A stretch of DNA of 45,667 nt from Candidatus Doudnabacteria bacterium (GTDB lineage: Bacteria > Patescibacteriota > JAQUNI01). Both the position numbers and the translations under genes were made by a program. Numbering within the stretch: position 1 is the stretch's first letter; every line of letters starts with the position of its first letter. Of this stretch, positions 34,568 to 44,572 are shown one piece after another. The notes under the pieces were generated by a model that had not been told where the DNA came from, did no database searches, and saw nothing but the letters and a program-made list of their open reading frames with translations. The DNA lies in the NCBI GenBank assembly GCA_041644975.1, contig JBAZQX010000003.1, positions 73,530 to 119,196 on the forward strand, written 5' to 3'.

Positions 34568-34924
34568 AAGAAAAAATAAATCCAGCGCATTCCGGCGGGG
34601 CGTTAATCGCCTAATCACCGAAAAGATTACAGCTTTCTGGCACCACCGAACAGACAGCGGGGTATTCAAAAAGGTGCTGGATAAAAAACATAAATTCTTA
34701 AATCCTCTTTTAAAAGTGTAACTGATATTATCCCTAAAGTCAAACCAATGTATCTGAACTTATTCAACTAACTTTACCCCGTTAGAGAAAGTCACCGACG
34801 AAGTCGGTGGTGAAAAAAATATAGACGCTGACCCCGTTAGAAATAAATTTCTAAACAGGGTTAGAAAACGAAGTTCTCTAACGGGGTTTACTGATTTAAT
34901 TTAATTTATTTCTTTCTTCCCTAA

Positions 34925-35047
34925 ATACTCCACAATTTATGCACACCTTATTAACATTTTAATATAGCCCTGTCTGATAACGAGATGATTTTTCCAGATT
35001 AACGCCAAAACAAGCCCATTTTTAATGATCAATTTACTTGTGGATAA
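34925..35047. promoter_or_regulatory. DnaA-box cluster upstream of dnaA
   Basis: A perfect box TGTGGATAA (35039-35047, the reverse complement of TTATCCACA) and a one-mismatch box TTATGCACA (34937-34945). The surroundings are AT-rich. Confidence 0.55.
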
Positions 35048-35174
35048 ATATATTGTATTATTATATAATTAGAGTCTTCAAGAGGGGGGCTGCGCATCTT
35101 CCACAAATGGAGTCGTTCACCCCGTCGTTCGCGAGCGACGGGGTTCGCGAACGACAATCCTAAAATAAAAACAT

Positions 35175-36566
35175 ATGGATAATCAACAAATTTGGCAGAA
35201 TGTTCTGGGTGAATTAGAACTCTCTATCAGTAAAGCGAATTTTACCACCTGGTTTACCAATACCGCCCTTGTTTCTTATAGGGATCGCCAAGCGCTCATC
35301 AGTGTCCCTAACCTCTTTACCAAAGAATGGCTGGAAAATAAATATCAAAAACCAATCTTGCACGCCCTGATAAACGCCGTGGGTGAACGCATTGAAGGAG
35401 TGAAATATGAAGTCAGGAGCCTCAAAGCGCAAACCCCGCCTCTACGGGAAAAGATGTCTCCAACAAAAGAGACATTTTTAAAAGACCTTCCAGACAATGG
35501 GAATGAGATGTCTACTCCTTTCAAACAAACTAGCGCCGCCCAGACCACAAATCTAAATCCCCGTTATACTTTTAATAATTTTATTGTCGGATCAAATAAT
35601 GAATTAGCCCGCGCCGCCTGTCATGCCGTCGCCTGCAACCCTGGCGAGACTTACAACCCTTTATTTATTTATGGCGGCGTGGGTTTGGGAAAAACCCACC
35701 TTCTCCAAGCAGTAGGCAACGAAATCACCAAAAAATTCCACGATAAGAAAGTAAAATATATTGCCAGTGAAAGATTTACCAGTGAACTCGTACGGTCCAT
35801 TGAAAAACACGACGTGAACTATTTTAAAGAACGATACCGCAATATTGATGTAATGATTATAGATGACATTCAATTTATTGCCGGCAAAGAAAAAACCCAA
35901 GAGGAGTTCTTTCATATCTTTAATGCCCTCTATGGAGAGAATAAACAAATTGTCATTTCCTCTGACCGTTCACCCAAAGCCATCCCCGCCCTGGAAGAAC
36001 GTCTCTCTTCGCGCTTTGAAGGAGGGATGATCGCCGATATCACCCCGCCAGACCTGGAAACCCGCATTGCCATCCTTAAAAATAAAGCTGAAAAAATGGG
36101 AATCACGCCCTGCGATGAAGTGCTGAATTACATCGCCATCAACGTTCAACGCAATGTGCGCGAACTGGAAGGAGCGCTAAACCGAATCATTGCCCACTAT
36201 CAGCTCCATCATCTAGAATTAAGCCTAGAAAATGCGCAGAAAATTCTTAAAAATGTGATTAATGCTCCCAGGTCCCATCTTATTTCAGCCAAAGAGATCA
36301 TTGATTCGGTCATTCAATTTTACAACCTCGACGTTAAAGACTTATTAAGCGAGTCCAGAAGAAAAGAGATCTCTTACCCGCGACAGATATTAATGTATCT
36401 TTTAAGATCCGAGGCTAAAATTTCCTACCCCTCCATCGGGCAAGAATTAGGAGGACGCGATCATACTACCGTGATCCATGCTTATAAAAAAATTAATGGG
36501 GAACTCGCTGAAAACGAAGAGCTGCGTCAAGAAATTGAGCTTATTAAACAAAGACTCTATAATTGA
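35175..36566 (+). CDS. dnaA: Chromosomal replication initiator DnaA
   Basis: Walker A GGVGLGKTHLLQAVG, box VII, and the C-terminal DNA-binding region GGRDHTTVIHAYKKI. Confidence 0.95.
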   Translation: MDNQQIWQNVLGELELSISKANFTTWFTNTALVSYRDRQALISVPNLFTKEWLENKYQKPILHALINAVGERIEGVKYEVRSLKAQTPPLREKMSPTKETFLKDLPDNGNEMSTPFKQTSAAQTTNLNPRYTFNNFIVGSNNELARAACHAVACNPGETYNPLFIYGGVGLGKTHLLQAVGNEITKKFHDKKVKYIASERFTSELVRSIEKHDVNYFKERYRNIDVMIIDDIQFIAGKEKTQEEFFHIFNALYGENKQIVISSDRSPKAIPALEERLSSRFEGGMIADITPPDLETRIAILKNKAEKMGITPCDEVLNYIAINVQRNVRELEGALNRIIAHYQLHHLELSLENAQKILKNVINAPRSHLISAKEIIDSVIQFYNLDVKDLLSESRRKEISYPRQILMYLLRSEAKISYPSIGQELGGRDHTTVIHAYKKINGELAENEELRQEIELIKQRLYN

Positions 36567-36975
36567 CCTTTCGTGAGAAGTGAACTTTAAGAATATCTAC
36601 TTGCCCGGTAGTTAAGACAGTCAGATATTAAGGGGATATTCAGTCTCTTCAGAGTCTGATGACTCTTCAAAGTCAGAAGACCTGAAGGATAAAATGGGGA
36701 TAACATATTGGATAAAAGGTGTAAAAACTGGTGAGAAACTAACCATTTATCCACAATTTTACTTACATAAAAACCTGCCATCATCTCTTTGCAATATTCA
36801 TCCACGTGTTATTCTTCCCTCATTCGCCATTTATCCTCTATCAAAAAAGCGCTCTTTTCTTGAATTGTTAGCTTGTTTTTTAGGAATATCATTTGAAATC
36901 CGAAGGTTATCAACAATATAATAATAACAATAATAATTAAATATTATAATTATTAAATACTATTAAATTTAATTT
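36567..36975. other. Candidate oriC (dnaA-dnaN intergenic region)
   Basis: A perfect DnaA box TTATCCACA (36747-36755), several 2-mismatch boxes (for example TCATCCACG 36799-36807 and TTATCCTCT about 36830), and a roughly 60 nt almost pure A/T tract (36914-36975) as a possible unwinding element. Confidence 0.55.
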
Positions 36976-38094
36976 ATGAAAATACTTTGCACACAGGAAA
37001 ATTTAAATAAAGGGCTAACCGCAGTTAGCAAATTAGCAACCTCTAATATTAATCTGCCGATTTTAAATAATATTCTTCTGGAAACCAAAAATGGTCGTTT
37101 AAGATTGGCAAGCACTAATCTAGAAACGGGGATTAACTACTTTGTGCGAGGAAAGGTGGTGTCGCAAGGCAGTATTACCGTTTCTTCCTCCTTAATTGCT
37201 AATTATATTAATTCACTTCCTGTAAACAAAGTAACTTTAAAGGTAGAAAATGATAATCTAAAGATAAAAACTGTATTCGATAAAGCGGTGATGCGCGGTT
37301 TGCCAGCCTCGGATTTTCCCTTCCAATATGCTTTAGTTAATAAAATGAAAAAGGGGATAATGTTTTCTATTAAAGAAAGGGATTTGCGGTCCGGGCTTCT
37401 AGGGGTTAGTTTTGCAACGACGCAAGATGAGCTCCGCCCAGAAATCGCGGGTGTCTTTTTTAATTTTGGAAAGCAAGATTTAACCTTGGTGGCAACCGAC
37501 AGCTATCGTTTGGCAGAGAAATATGTAAAATTTGAGCGGATAAACAAAGAAGCCGCGAAGGCTATTATTCCCCTGAAAGCGATTCAGGAGCTCGTTCATA
37601 TTTTGGAAGACAGTGAAGAGATGGTAAAAATCTTTTTTGTAGAGAACCAAGTTCTTTTTCAATTTAGAGAAATTGATTTTACCGCCCGTTTGGTTGAGGG
37701 TCAGTATCCTGATTACAAACAAATCATTCCTCAAAGGCTACTCTGCAAAGCGAAGGTGAAGACGCGCGACTTCGCCCAGGCAGTAAGACGAGCGAGTTTC
37801 TTCACCGCCCGGGAAACCAATGACATTAGAGTTAAGCTGGACCCTAAAAATAACGAGATTTTGATTTCAGCAGAGAGCGTGGGAATAGGCACCAATGAGT
37901 CTAGGGTAGAAGCCGAGGTGCGGGGCGAACCTCAAGAGATTGTTTATAATCATCGCTACTTCTTAGAGGGTTTAAATAATTTGCCTTCCGAGGAAACCAT
38001 TTTTGAGACTAATGGGCCTGATGAACCTGGAATCTTGAGGCCTGTTGACCCTGACGGTTCTTTCCTTTATCTAATTATGCCTATTCGGAATTGA
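36976..38094 (+). CDS. dnaN: DNA polymerase III beta sliding clamp
   Basis: Typical length and N-terminus (MKILCTQENLNKGL...LPILNNILLE...LRLASTNLETGI). Synteny dnaA-dnaN-recF. Confidence 0.9.
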   Translation: MKILCTQENLNKGLTAVSKLATSNINLPILNNILLETKNGRLRLASTNLETGINYFVRGKVVSQGSITVSSSLIANYINSLPVNKVTLKVENDNLKIKTVFDKAVMRGLPASDFPFQYALVNKMKKGIMFSIKERDLRSGLLGVSFATTQDELRPEIAGVFFNFGKQDLTLVATDSYRLAEKYVKFERINKEAAKAIIPLKAIQELVHILEDSEEMVKIFFVENQVLFQFREIDFTARLVEGQYPDYKQIIPQRLLCKAKVKTRDFAQAVRRASFFTARETNDIRVKLDPKNNEILISAESVGIGTNESRVEAEVRGEPQEIVYNHRYFLEGLNNLPSEETIFETNGPDEPGILRPVDPDGSFLYLIMPIRN

Positions 38095-38240
38095 ATTCCG
38101 GAAATCAGGAAGCAGGACATTCAGTCTTGAAGGACTTCGCGTCGTCAAGATCCTTCGGACTGAAGTCCTCGGGACTAAAGTCTGGCGAAGACAGACAAGA
38201 TCACCGTGTTTAATTTATTCCTAATTCCCGATTCCATTTT

Positions 38241-39383
38241 ATGCGCCTGAACCATCTAAAATTAGTTAATTTTCGCAATTATGATAGTTTAGACATAGGG
38301 ACAAAAAAGAGGGTGATTATTTTAGTTGGCGACAACGCGCAGGGCAAGACTAATTTTTTGGAGGCGGTTTATCTTTTGGCGATTACTAAATCTTTTCGTT
38401 TAAGAAGTGACGCGGATTTGGTTGGCGAGAAAGATGATTTTGTTCGGATCGAGGCAGGAGTCATAAGTCAAAACCGAGATTCTAAAATAGAGGTTGTTCT
38501 TAAAAAACAGGAGAATCGGGGTAATATCCAAAAAATAATTAAGCTTAATGGTCAGATGGCGCCTGTGCGCGCGATTTTAGGCGCTTTTTTAGCAGTTTTG
38601 TTTTGCCCGGAGGATATCAATTTAATTAAAGCGGTGCCTGGCGCCCGCCGCCGTTTTTTAGATATTGTTGCCTGTAAAGTAAATTCTACCTATTGCGAGA
38701 CACTGATGGGGTACAATAAAATTCTGAAAAATCGTAACCAGGTTTTGCTTAGGATTAACAGAGGAATTGGGAATCACGAAGAGCTTATTTTCTGGAATAA
38801 TGAACTCACGCAAAAAGGAAGTTTCATCATTAAATTCCGCCAGAACATGGCGCAAAGGCTGGCCTCTTTAACTAAGATTTATTACAATAAAATTGCTAGA
38901 GGGGCAGGGACCGCCCCGCTACCAGAGTTGAATTTGCATTATTTGCCTTCATTTCACGTTTCGCCTAAACTAAACGAGGAGGCAATCAGTTTGAGGTTTC
39001 GCGGTGAACTTTTAAAAAAAGAGGAGGTGGAAATCGCGCGTCAACAGACTTTATCTGGTCCGCATCGGGATGATTTCACTTTTATTTTAGGTCGGAAGAA
39101 TATTGTTTTCGAGGGTTCGCGAGGTGAATTTCGGAGCGCCATTTTATCTCTTAAACTATCGGAATTAGATTTTTTAAAAGAAAATTTAGGAGAACGGCCA
39201 GTTTTGCTTCTGGATGATGTATTTTCTGAATTGGATCGGGAACGAAAAAGACGGATAGCGGCCTTAGTAAAAAATCAACAGGTTTTTATCACGACTACCG
39301 ACCTCAAAGAAATCCCCCCTGATCTCCGGAGAGAGGCTTTAATTTTGGAGGTAGAGGCGGGGAAGATAAAAACTGCAATATAA
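38241..39383 (+). CDS. recF: DNA replication and repair protein RecF
   Basis: LKLVNFRNY...LVGDNAQGKTNFLEAV (Walker A), signature LSGPHRDD, Walker B LLLDDVFSELD. Confidence 0.9.
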   Translation: MRLNHLKLVNFRNYDSLDIGTKKRVIILVGDNAQGKTNFLEAVYLLAITKSFRLRSDADLVGEKDDFVRIEAGVISQNRDSKIEVVLKKQENRGNIQKIIKLNGQMAPVRAILGAFLAVLFCPEDINLIKAVPGARRRFLDIVACKVNSTYCETLMGYNKILKNRNQVLLRINRGIGNHEELIFWNNELTQKGSFIIKFRQNMAQRLASLTKIYYNKIARGAGTAPLPELNLHYLPSFHVSPKLNEEAISLRFRGELLKKEEVEIARQQTLSGPHRDDFTFILGRKNIVFEGSRGEFRSAILSLKLSELDFLKENLGERPVLLLDDVFSELDRERKRRIAALVKNQQVFITTTDLKEIPPDLRREALILEVEAGKIKTAI

Positions 39384-39535
39384 CTTGAAACTTGTCATCA
39401 AGTCGTTCAGACCCGAAGGGATCCCTCGGGACTGAATGTCCCTCGGGCTGTTCAGTCCCGAAGACTTCACAGTCGAAGGAACTGAAGTCTTTCAGATAAT
39501 ACAATATAATATGACAGTTACAAATTACAGGAGAT

Positions 39536-39838
39536 ATGTTTATTCCTTTAAAATCTGTTTTGCCTCAGATCACCAATAGGGTGGGCATTAGTGTGGCAAT
39601 AAAAGAAGACCAGATTCCATTGGCCTATAAAAAGGTTGTGGAAGAGATTCTCAATCAAAAAGCCGCGAGCGCGTCGCGGGTTTTATTTTTGCATCACAAA
39701 ATTTTGACCATAGAGGTGCCTTCTTCAGCATGGGCTTGTCAATTGCAATTCTCTCAAGCGGAAATTGTGGGGCAACTCAATGTATTATGCGGTAGAGAAG
39801 TAGTGGAGAGAATTATATTTAAAGTAACTGGTAATTAG
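39536..39838 (+). CDS. DUF721 / DciA-like protein
   Basis: About 100 aa following recF. The pattern ...HHKILTIEVPSSAWACQLQFSQAEIVGQLN... is typical of DUF721. Confidence 0.55.
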   Translation: MFIPLKSVLPQITNRVGISVAIKEDQIPLAYKKVVEEILNQKAASASRVLFLHHKILTIEVPSSAWACQLQFSQAEIVGQLNVLCGREVVERIIFKVTGN

Positions 39839-39847
39839 TAAGACGAT

Positions 39848-39876
39848 GTAGAGACAGGTTTAAAACTTGTCTCTAC
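39848..39876. terminator. Bidirectional hairpin between convergent genes
   Basis: GTAGAGACAGG-TTTAAAA-CTTGTCTCTAC lies between the DUF721 gene (+) and the PBP gene (-). Confidence 0.5.
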
Positions 39877-42794
39877 TACTTTATTTCTGCAATTACCCTC
39901 GCGCTTTGGGTAGTTTCGTTTTCGTTGGAGACCAAAATAGTATAGATTTCATACTGGCCGGGCAAGGGTTTTTTTCCCCAAGTTAAATCATATTCCTCTC
40001 CGTCGGGCGTCGTAGGCTCAAAACTGGACCCGATGAGGAAAGGCCTTTTGTCTCTGGTGAGGTCGCGGGCGTAAAAATTAATTTTTCGGATGCCATTCGG
40101 ATGGGAGGCAATTGCCTTTAATTTATAGGGGAAGTTTTCGTCTTGCAAAGTAAGCTGTCCGGCGGGTTGGCTCACATAGATGATTTGCTCGTTTTTAAGA
40201 TTAATGGTCACGGAATCTTGCGCGGTATTCCCCATTTTGTCGTAGGCAATAGCTTTAATGGTATGGAAACCGGGTTCATTATAATTTGCATAATGCGTTT
40301 TGAAGGGGGGGTCGCCGTTTTTAACATCAAAGAGTTTATTATCAAAATAGAATTCCACCTTGTCCAAGGCTAAAGGCGCCTCGCCATCGGCTTCAATATT
40401 AATGTTATTATCTTCAATTAAGTCATTGTCGGCTGGCGAGGTAATATTGATGGTGGGTTGATTCTTTTCTTCATGGTAATCGCAAGTTTCCGTGGGCACC
40501 TTTCCTGTCTCAATTTTTTCCCGCGTTATCCATTCTTGGATGGGTTTTTCCCAACGCTCATACATAGGGTCGTTCTCGGGATGCTCTGGAACGGGGCCGC
40601 GAGGATTGTCTTTGTCCGCATAGTAAAGAATCGTATGAATCTCGCGGAATGTTTTTTCAACCACTTGATCGGGGCGGCAGCAGGTTTCATGCAGAATTTG
40701 ATTATTTACATTACAGACCCGCGCCGTGGTTTCATTATATTTCCCGTGCAATATCATTTTGTCCGACTGGTATTTTGCGTAAGGGGTAAATTTTTCAGAG
40801 GGAGCGCCCTCTGAAGTTTTTTTCATAAAAGCCTGCCAGATCGGGGCGGCCACTTGAGACCCGTCGGCGCGGCGCATCTCGCTGTTGTCATTGTTGCCCA
40901 CCCAGACACCCGCTACTAACGATGGGGTGTAACCAACCGTCCATGCGTCGCGGTAATCTTGGGTCGTGCCAGTTTTAGCGGCCACCGGTATTCCTCCTAA
41001 ATTCAGATAATTATTGATTCCAAAAATCATCGCGCGGGCATTATTATCTGAAAGAACGCTGTTAATTTCTCTCGCGATTTGTTCAGGGAGAACCCTTTTG
41101 CCTTCTCCTTGCTGCCATTCTTCCAAAATTTGGCCATCTTTATCTTCTATTTTTATAATTACTGTTTTTTCTTGACGGATGCCATCGTTAGCAAAAACGC
41201 CGTAGGCAGGCACAAAATCAATCAATTTTACTTCACCGCCGCCTAAAACCAGAGAAAGTCCAAATCGCGACCGCTCCCCCAGTGTGGTGATGCCCATTTG
41301 ATTGGCAAGGTCGATAGTTTCGTCAATGCCCGCTAAGTAAAGTGTTTTTACCGCCGGAATATTGAGAGAGCTAGCAAGGGCTGTCCGCATCGTGAGGGGT
41401 CCGCGCTCTTTGCCGTCATAGTTTTTCGGAATATAATCCTTACCTCCTTGAAGACCAAAGTTAGTGGTGAGATCAAAAAGCAATGTATCAGGGGTGTATC
41501 CCTTTTGAAAGGCGCGAGCATAAGCAAATGGTTTAAAGGAGGAACCTGGCTGGCGAGGTCGAAGCGTAACATTCACATTGCCGTCATTTTGGAGGTCAAA
41601 ATAGTCGCGCGAACCGACCATCACTAAAATTTGTCCCGTCTTCGGGTCTGAAGCAAGAAGAGCGGCGTTGCGGGCGTTAAATTTTTGGGGATAATCACCG
41701 CTCATCTCGTAGACTAGATCTTCAGCTATTTTTTGTTTGTCATAATCCAATGTCGTATACACCCTCAAGCCTCCTCTTTCAATAAAGTCTTCGCCATATT
41801 TATCCGCGAGGATTTCTTTAATATACAATACAAAATGGGGGGCAATTATCCCTTCTCTATTTTCCGCGTAGCGCAACTCCTCTTGTTTCGCGTTATTTGC
41901 TTCCTCGGGCGTGATATAACCTAGAGTAGCCATGCGGTCTAAAATATGTTCCCTACGGGCAGCCAAAGCCTCTGGATGGGAGCCAAAAGGAGAGTAGTAA
42001 GTTGTGGCGCGGGGGAGAGAGGCGAGGGTGGCGGCTTCCCCTAAGGTTAATTCCGAGGCTTTTTTATTAAAGAAGGTTTGGCTTGCCGCTTCTATGCCGT
42101 AGGCATTAGAACCATAAGGAATTTCATTTAGATACATCTCTAAAATTTGATCTTTGGAGAACCGCCTTTCCAATTCCAGAGACAGGATTAACTCTTTAAA
42201 TTTGCGGGAGAAGGTTCGTTCAGGGGTTAAAATAGAGTTTTTAATAAATTGTTGAGTAATAGTTGAGCCGCCTTGGTACACGCCGCCGCCCTTCACATCA
42301 GACCAGGCTGCCCTTAAGATGGAGCGGAAATCAATGCCCTTATGGTTGTAGAAATCATCATCTTCAGCGGCAAGTGTGGCTTTGATTAAATAATTAGAAA
42401 TTTGAGTGAAGGGAACTACGGTGCGCTTTTCCTCGCCGTGGATTTCGTATAAGAGATGTTCGCCGGTGCGGTCATAAATTTTAGTGCTTTCCGTCATCTG
42501 GCGTTCCGTAAGTTTTTGGGGATCAGGCAGGTCTTTGGCAAAATAGGCAAAAACCGAGATTGCGCTAACGATTAAGCTGAAAATTCCCAATAAAAATAGG
42601 GCGACAACAATCTTCGCTATTTTTTTTGCGCGCCTCCTCCTTTTTATTTTTAGTTCTTCGCGGGTGATTACTAAATCTCCCCGCTTGTAGCGCGCGTAAC
42701 CTGTTTTTTTGCGTTTAGGCAAAGATTTTCGTTTATTTCGCGGATTTTTAAACATAGATAGCTTAATTCTACGAGATTTCGGGAGAAGTGTCAA
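39876..42794 (-). CDS. Class A penicillin-binding protein (PBP1A-type transglycosylase/transpeptidase) with a C-terminal extension of about 300 aa
   Basis: GT51 motifs EDDDFYNHKGID and GGSTITQQ. Transpeptidase motifs SSFKPF, SLN and KTGTT. The C-terminal Ig-like region is ...TINITSPADNDLI...HTIKAIAYDKMGNTAQDSVTINL. Confidence 0.9.
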   Translation of the reverse strand: MTLLPKSRRIKLSMFKNPRNKRKSLPKRKKTGYARYKRGDLVITREELKIKRRRRAKKIAKIVVALFLLGIFSLIVSAISVFAYFAKDLPDPQKLTERQMTESTKIYDRTGEHLLYEIHGEEKRTVVPFTQISNYLIKATLAAEDDDFYNHKGIDFRSILRAAWSDVKGGGVYQGGSTITQQFIKNSILTPERTFSRKFKELILSLELERRFSKDQILEMYLNEIPYGSNAYGIEAASQTFFNKKASELTLGEAATLASLPRATTYYSPFGSHPEALAARREHILDRMATLGYITPEEANNAKQEELRYAENREGIIAPHFVLYIKEILADKYGEDFIERGGLRVYTTLDYDKQKIAEDLVYEMSGDYPQKFNARNAALLASDPKTGQILVMVGSRDYFDLQNDGNVNVTLRPRQPGSSFKPFAYARAFQKGYTPDTLLFDLTTNFGLQGGKDYIPKNYDGKERGPLTMRTALASSLNIPAVKTLYLAGIDETIDLANQMGITTLGERSRFGLSLVLGGGEVKLIDFVPAYGVFANDGIRQEKTVIIKIEDKDGQILEEWQQGEGKRVLPEQIAREINSVLSDNNARAMIFGINNYLNLGGIPVAAKTGTTQDYRDAWTVGYTPSLVAGVWVGNNDNSEMRRADGSQVAAPIWQAFMKKTSEGAPSEKFTPYAKYQSDKMILHGKYNETTARVCNVNNQILHETCCRPDQVVEKTFREIHTILYYADKDNPRGPVPEHPENDPMYERWEKPIQEWITREKIETGKVPTETCDYHEEKNQPTINITSPADNDLIEDNNINIEADGEAPLALDKVEFYFDNKLFDVKNGDPPFKTHYANYNEPGFHTIKAIAYDKMGNTAQDSVTINLKNEQIIYVSQPAGQLTLQDENFPYKLKAIASHPNGIRKINFYARDLTRDKRPFLIGSSFEPTTPDGEEYDLTWGKKPLPGQYEIYTILVSNENETTQSARVIAEIK

Positions 42795-42858
42795 AAATGG
42801 AATTAGGAATTTGGAATCAGGAATAGGGAATAGGGAATAGGGAACAAGGAAGAAATTT

Positions 42859-42887
42859 TTGACTGTTTTGAGGAAAAAAGTTATAAT
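42859..42887 (+). promoter_or_regulatory. Sigma-70-type promoter upstream of the NifU-like gene
   Basis: TTGACT (42859-42864), a 17 nt spacer, and TATAAT (42882-42887), about 27 nt before the ATG. Confidence 0.5.
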
Positions 42888-42913
42888 CAGAACATATTAA
42901 TCAATTTTTTATT

Positions 42914-43141
42914 ATGAATCAAGATAAATTAAAAGAGATAATTAATTCTATTAATGAAAAGCTCGCTTTGCATGGCGGTAGTGTGAATTTGGTAGATTTT
43001 GACGAGAAAAAAAAGATAGTGAAGCTAAAATTACAAGGCGCTTGCGGTCATTGTCCGATGGCGCAATTAACTAGCGAAGGTTTTATTAAAAAAGAACTTT
43101 TAGCTAAGATGCCGGAGCTTAAAGAGATTGAGATGGTTTAA
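42914..43141 (+). CDS. NifU-like (Nfu) Fe-S cluster domain protein
   Basis: LHGGSVNLVDFDEKKKIVKLKLQGACGHCPMAQLT (CxxC). Confidence 0.8.
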   Translation: MNQDKLKEIINSINEKLALHGGSVNLVDFDEKKKIVKLKLQGACGHCPMAQLTSEGFIKKELLAKMPELKEIEMV

Positions 43142-43369
43142 GTAATAATTTTTGATTTTTGTTTTTTAACTAATTTTTAACTACTTAATTTTTAATGATT
43201 TCATTTTTTAATAATTCGTTAATTCAATAAGAATTAGTTAAAAATTACCTGCCCGCTCACGAGCTTCGCTTCAGGCGAGGCGGGCGGGAGAAATAAAAAT
43301 TAAAAATTGTAATTCATCAATATAGGCTAAATAGGCTAATCCGCCCAAGAAGGCGGAAAATTAAGATTT

Positions 43370-44572
43370 ATGTCTAGAGTTATTGTAGATAAGAAAAAAA
43401 TCGATGAACTCTTAACCCGCGGCGTGGCAGAAGTAATAGATAAAGAAAATTTGAGTAAAAAGCTTCAAGCGGGAAAAAAATTAAGAGTAAAATTAGGTAT
43501 TGATCCCACAAGTCCGAATATTCACTTGGGCCGCACGATTCCGCTTTTAAAATTGCGCGATTTTCAAAATTTAGGGCATCAAGTGGTTTTGATTATTGGC
43601 GATTTTACAGGTTTAATTGGAGATACAAGCGATAAAGCGAGCGAAAGGCCGATGTTATCCCGCAGTGAGATTGAAAAAAATATGCAGACATACTTGGAGC
43701 AAGCGGGTAAAGTTCTAGACACCAAGGATTTTGAATTTCACTATAACTCGGAATGGCTCAAAAAATTAAATTATTTAGAAATAGGGGAGCAAGCTGATCT
43801 TTTTTCGGTTTCTGAATTTATTGCTCGGGAAAATATCAAAAAAAGGCTTAATGAAGGGAAGCGCGTTTCTTTACGCGAAGTGCTTTATCCATTGATGCAG
43901 GGCTATGATTCCGTGGCTATCAGGGCAGATGTGGAGCTAGGCGGAACTGACCAGCGCTTTAACCTCTTGGCCGGCAGAAAATTGCAAGAGCATTTTAGCC
44001 AAAAACCACAGGATATTTTAATGAATAATTTGATTGCGGGCTTAGATGGGCGTAAGATGAGTTCATCTTGGGGCAACACTATTAATATTACTGATCCGGC
44101 GGAAGAGATGTTTGGCAAGGTAATGAGTATGGCTGATGATTTGATTATTCCTTATTTTATCCACTGCACGCGGGTGCCTTCAGAAGAAGTTGAAGAAGCC
44201 CAAAAAGCGCTTAAAGAGGGCAAAAATCCTAAAGAAATTAAGGGAAAGTTGGCCTACGAGATTACTAAGATGTATTGGGGCGAGGACGGGGCTAAGAAAG
44301 GCAAGAATAACTTTGATCTTGTTTTTCGCCAAAGTAAAATTCCGGAAAATATTCCCGAGGTTAGGTTTCAAGAAAAAGAACTGGATATTTTGGATTTATT
44401 AGTAAGGACTAAACTCTGCAAAAGTAAAAGCGAGGCGCGGGATATGGTGGAGCAGGGAGCAGTGAAGATTGACCAAGAAATTATTCGCGATTGGAAAATA
44501 GTAATTTCTGAACTGAACAATAAAGTTGTTCAGGTGGGAAAGAGGAAATTTTGTAAAATAAAAATCAAATAA
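43370..44572 (+). CDS. tyrS: Tyrosine--tRNA ligase
   Basis: GIDPTSPNIHLGR (HIGH-like), IGDFTGLIGDTSDK, KMSSSWGN (KMSKS), and a C-terminal S4 domain (SKSEARDMVEQGAVKID). Confidence 0.85.
   Translation: MSRVIVDKKKIDELLTRGVAEVIDKENLSKKLQAGKKLRVKLGIDPTSPNIHLGRTIPLLKLRDFQNLGHQVVLIIGDFTGLIGDTSDKASERPMLSRSEIEKNMQTYLEQAGKVLDTKDFEFHYNSEWLKKLNYLEIGEQADLFSVSEFIARENIKKRLNEGKRVSLREVLYPLMQGYDSVAIRADVELGGTDQRFNLLAGRKLQEHFSQKPQDILMNNLIAGLDGRKMSSSWGNTINITDPAEEMFGKVMSMADDLIIPYFIHCTRVPSEEVEEAQKALKEGKNPKEIKGKLAYEITKMYWGEDGAKKGKNNFDLVFRQSKIPENIPEVRFQEKELDILDLLVRTKLCKSKSEARDMVEQGAVKIDQEIIRDWKIVISELNNKVVQVGKRKFCKIKIK

Noticed and set aside
42795-42850. GGAATAGG / GGAATTAGG microsatellite-like run.
   Set aside because: It is part of the AATTAGAA low-complexity repeat family seen in many spacers, with no evidence of a separate function.
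43142-43369. A possible T-box leader upstream of tyrS.
   Set aside because: There is no T-box consensus (…GGTGGTACCGCG-like) and no specifier or antiterminator arrangement. The region is an A/T-rich spacer plus a CCTGCCCGC...GCGGGCGGG family repeat.
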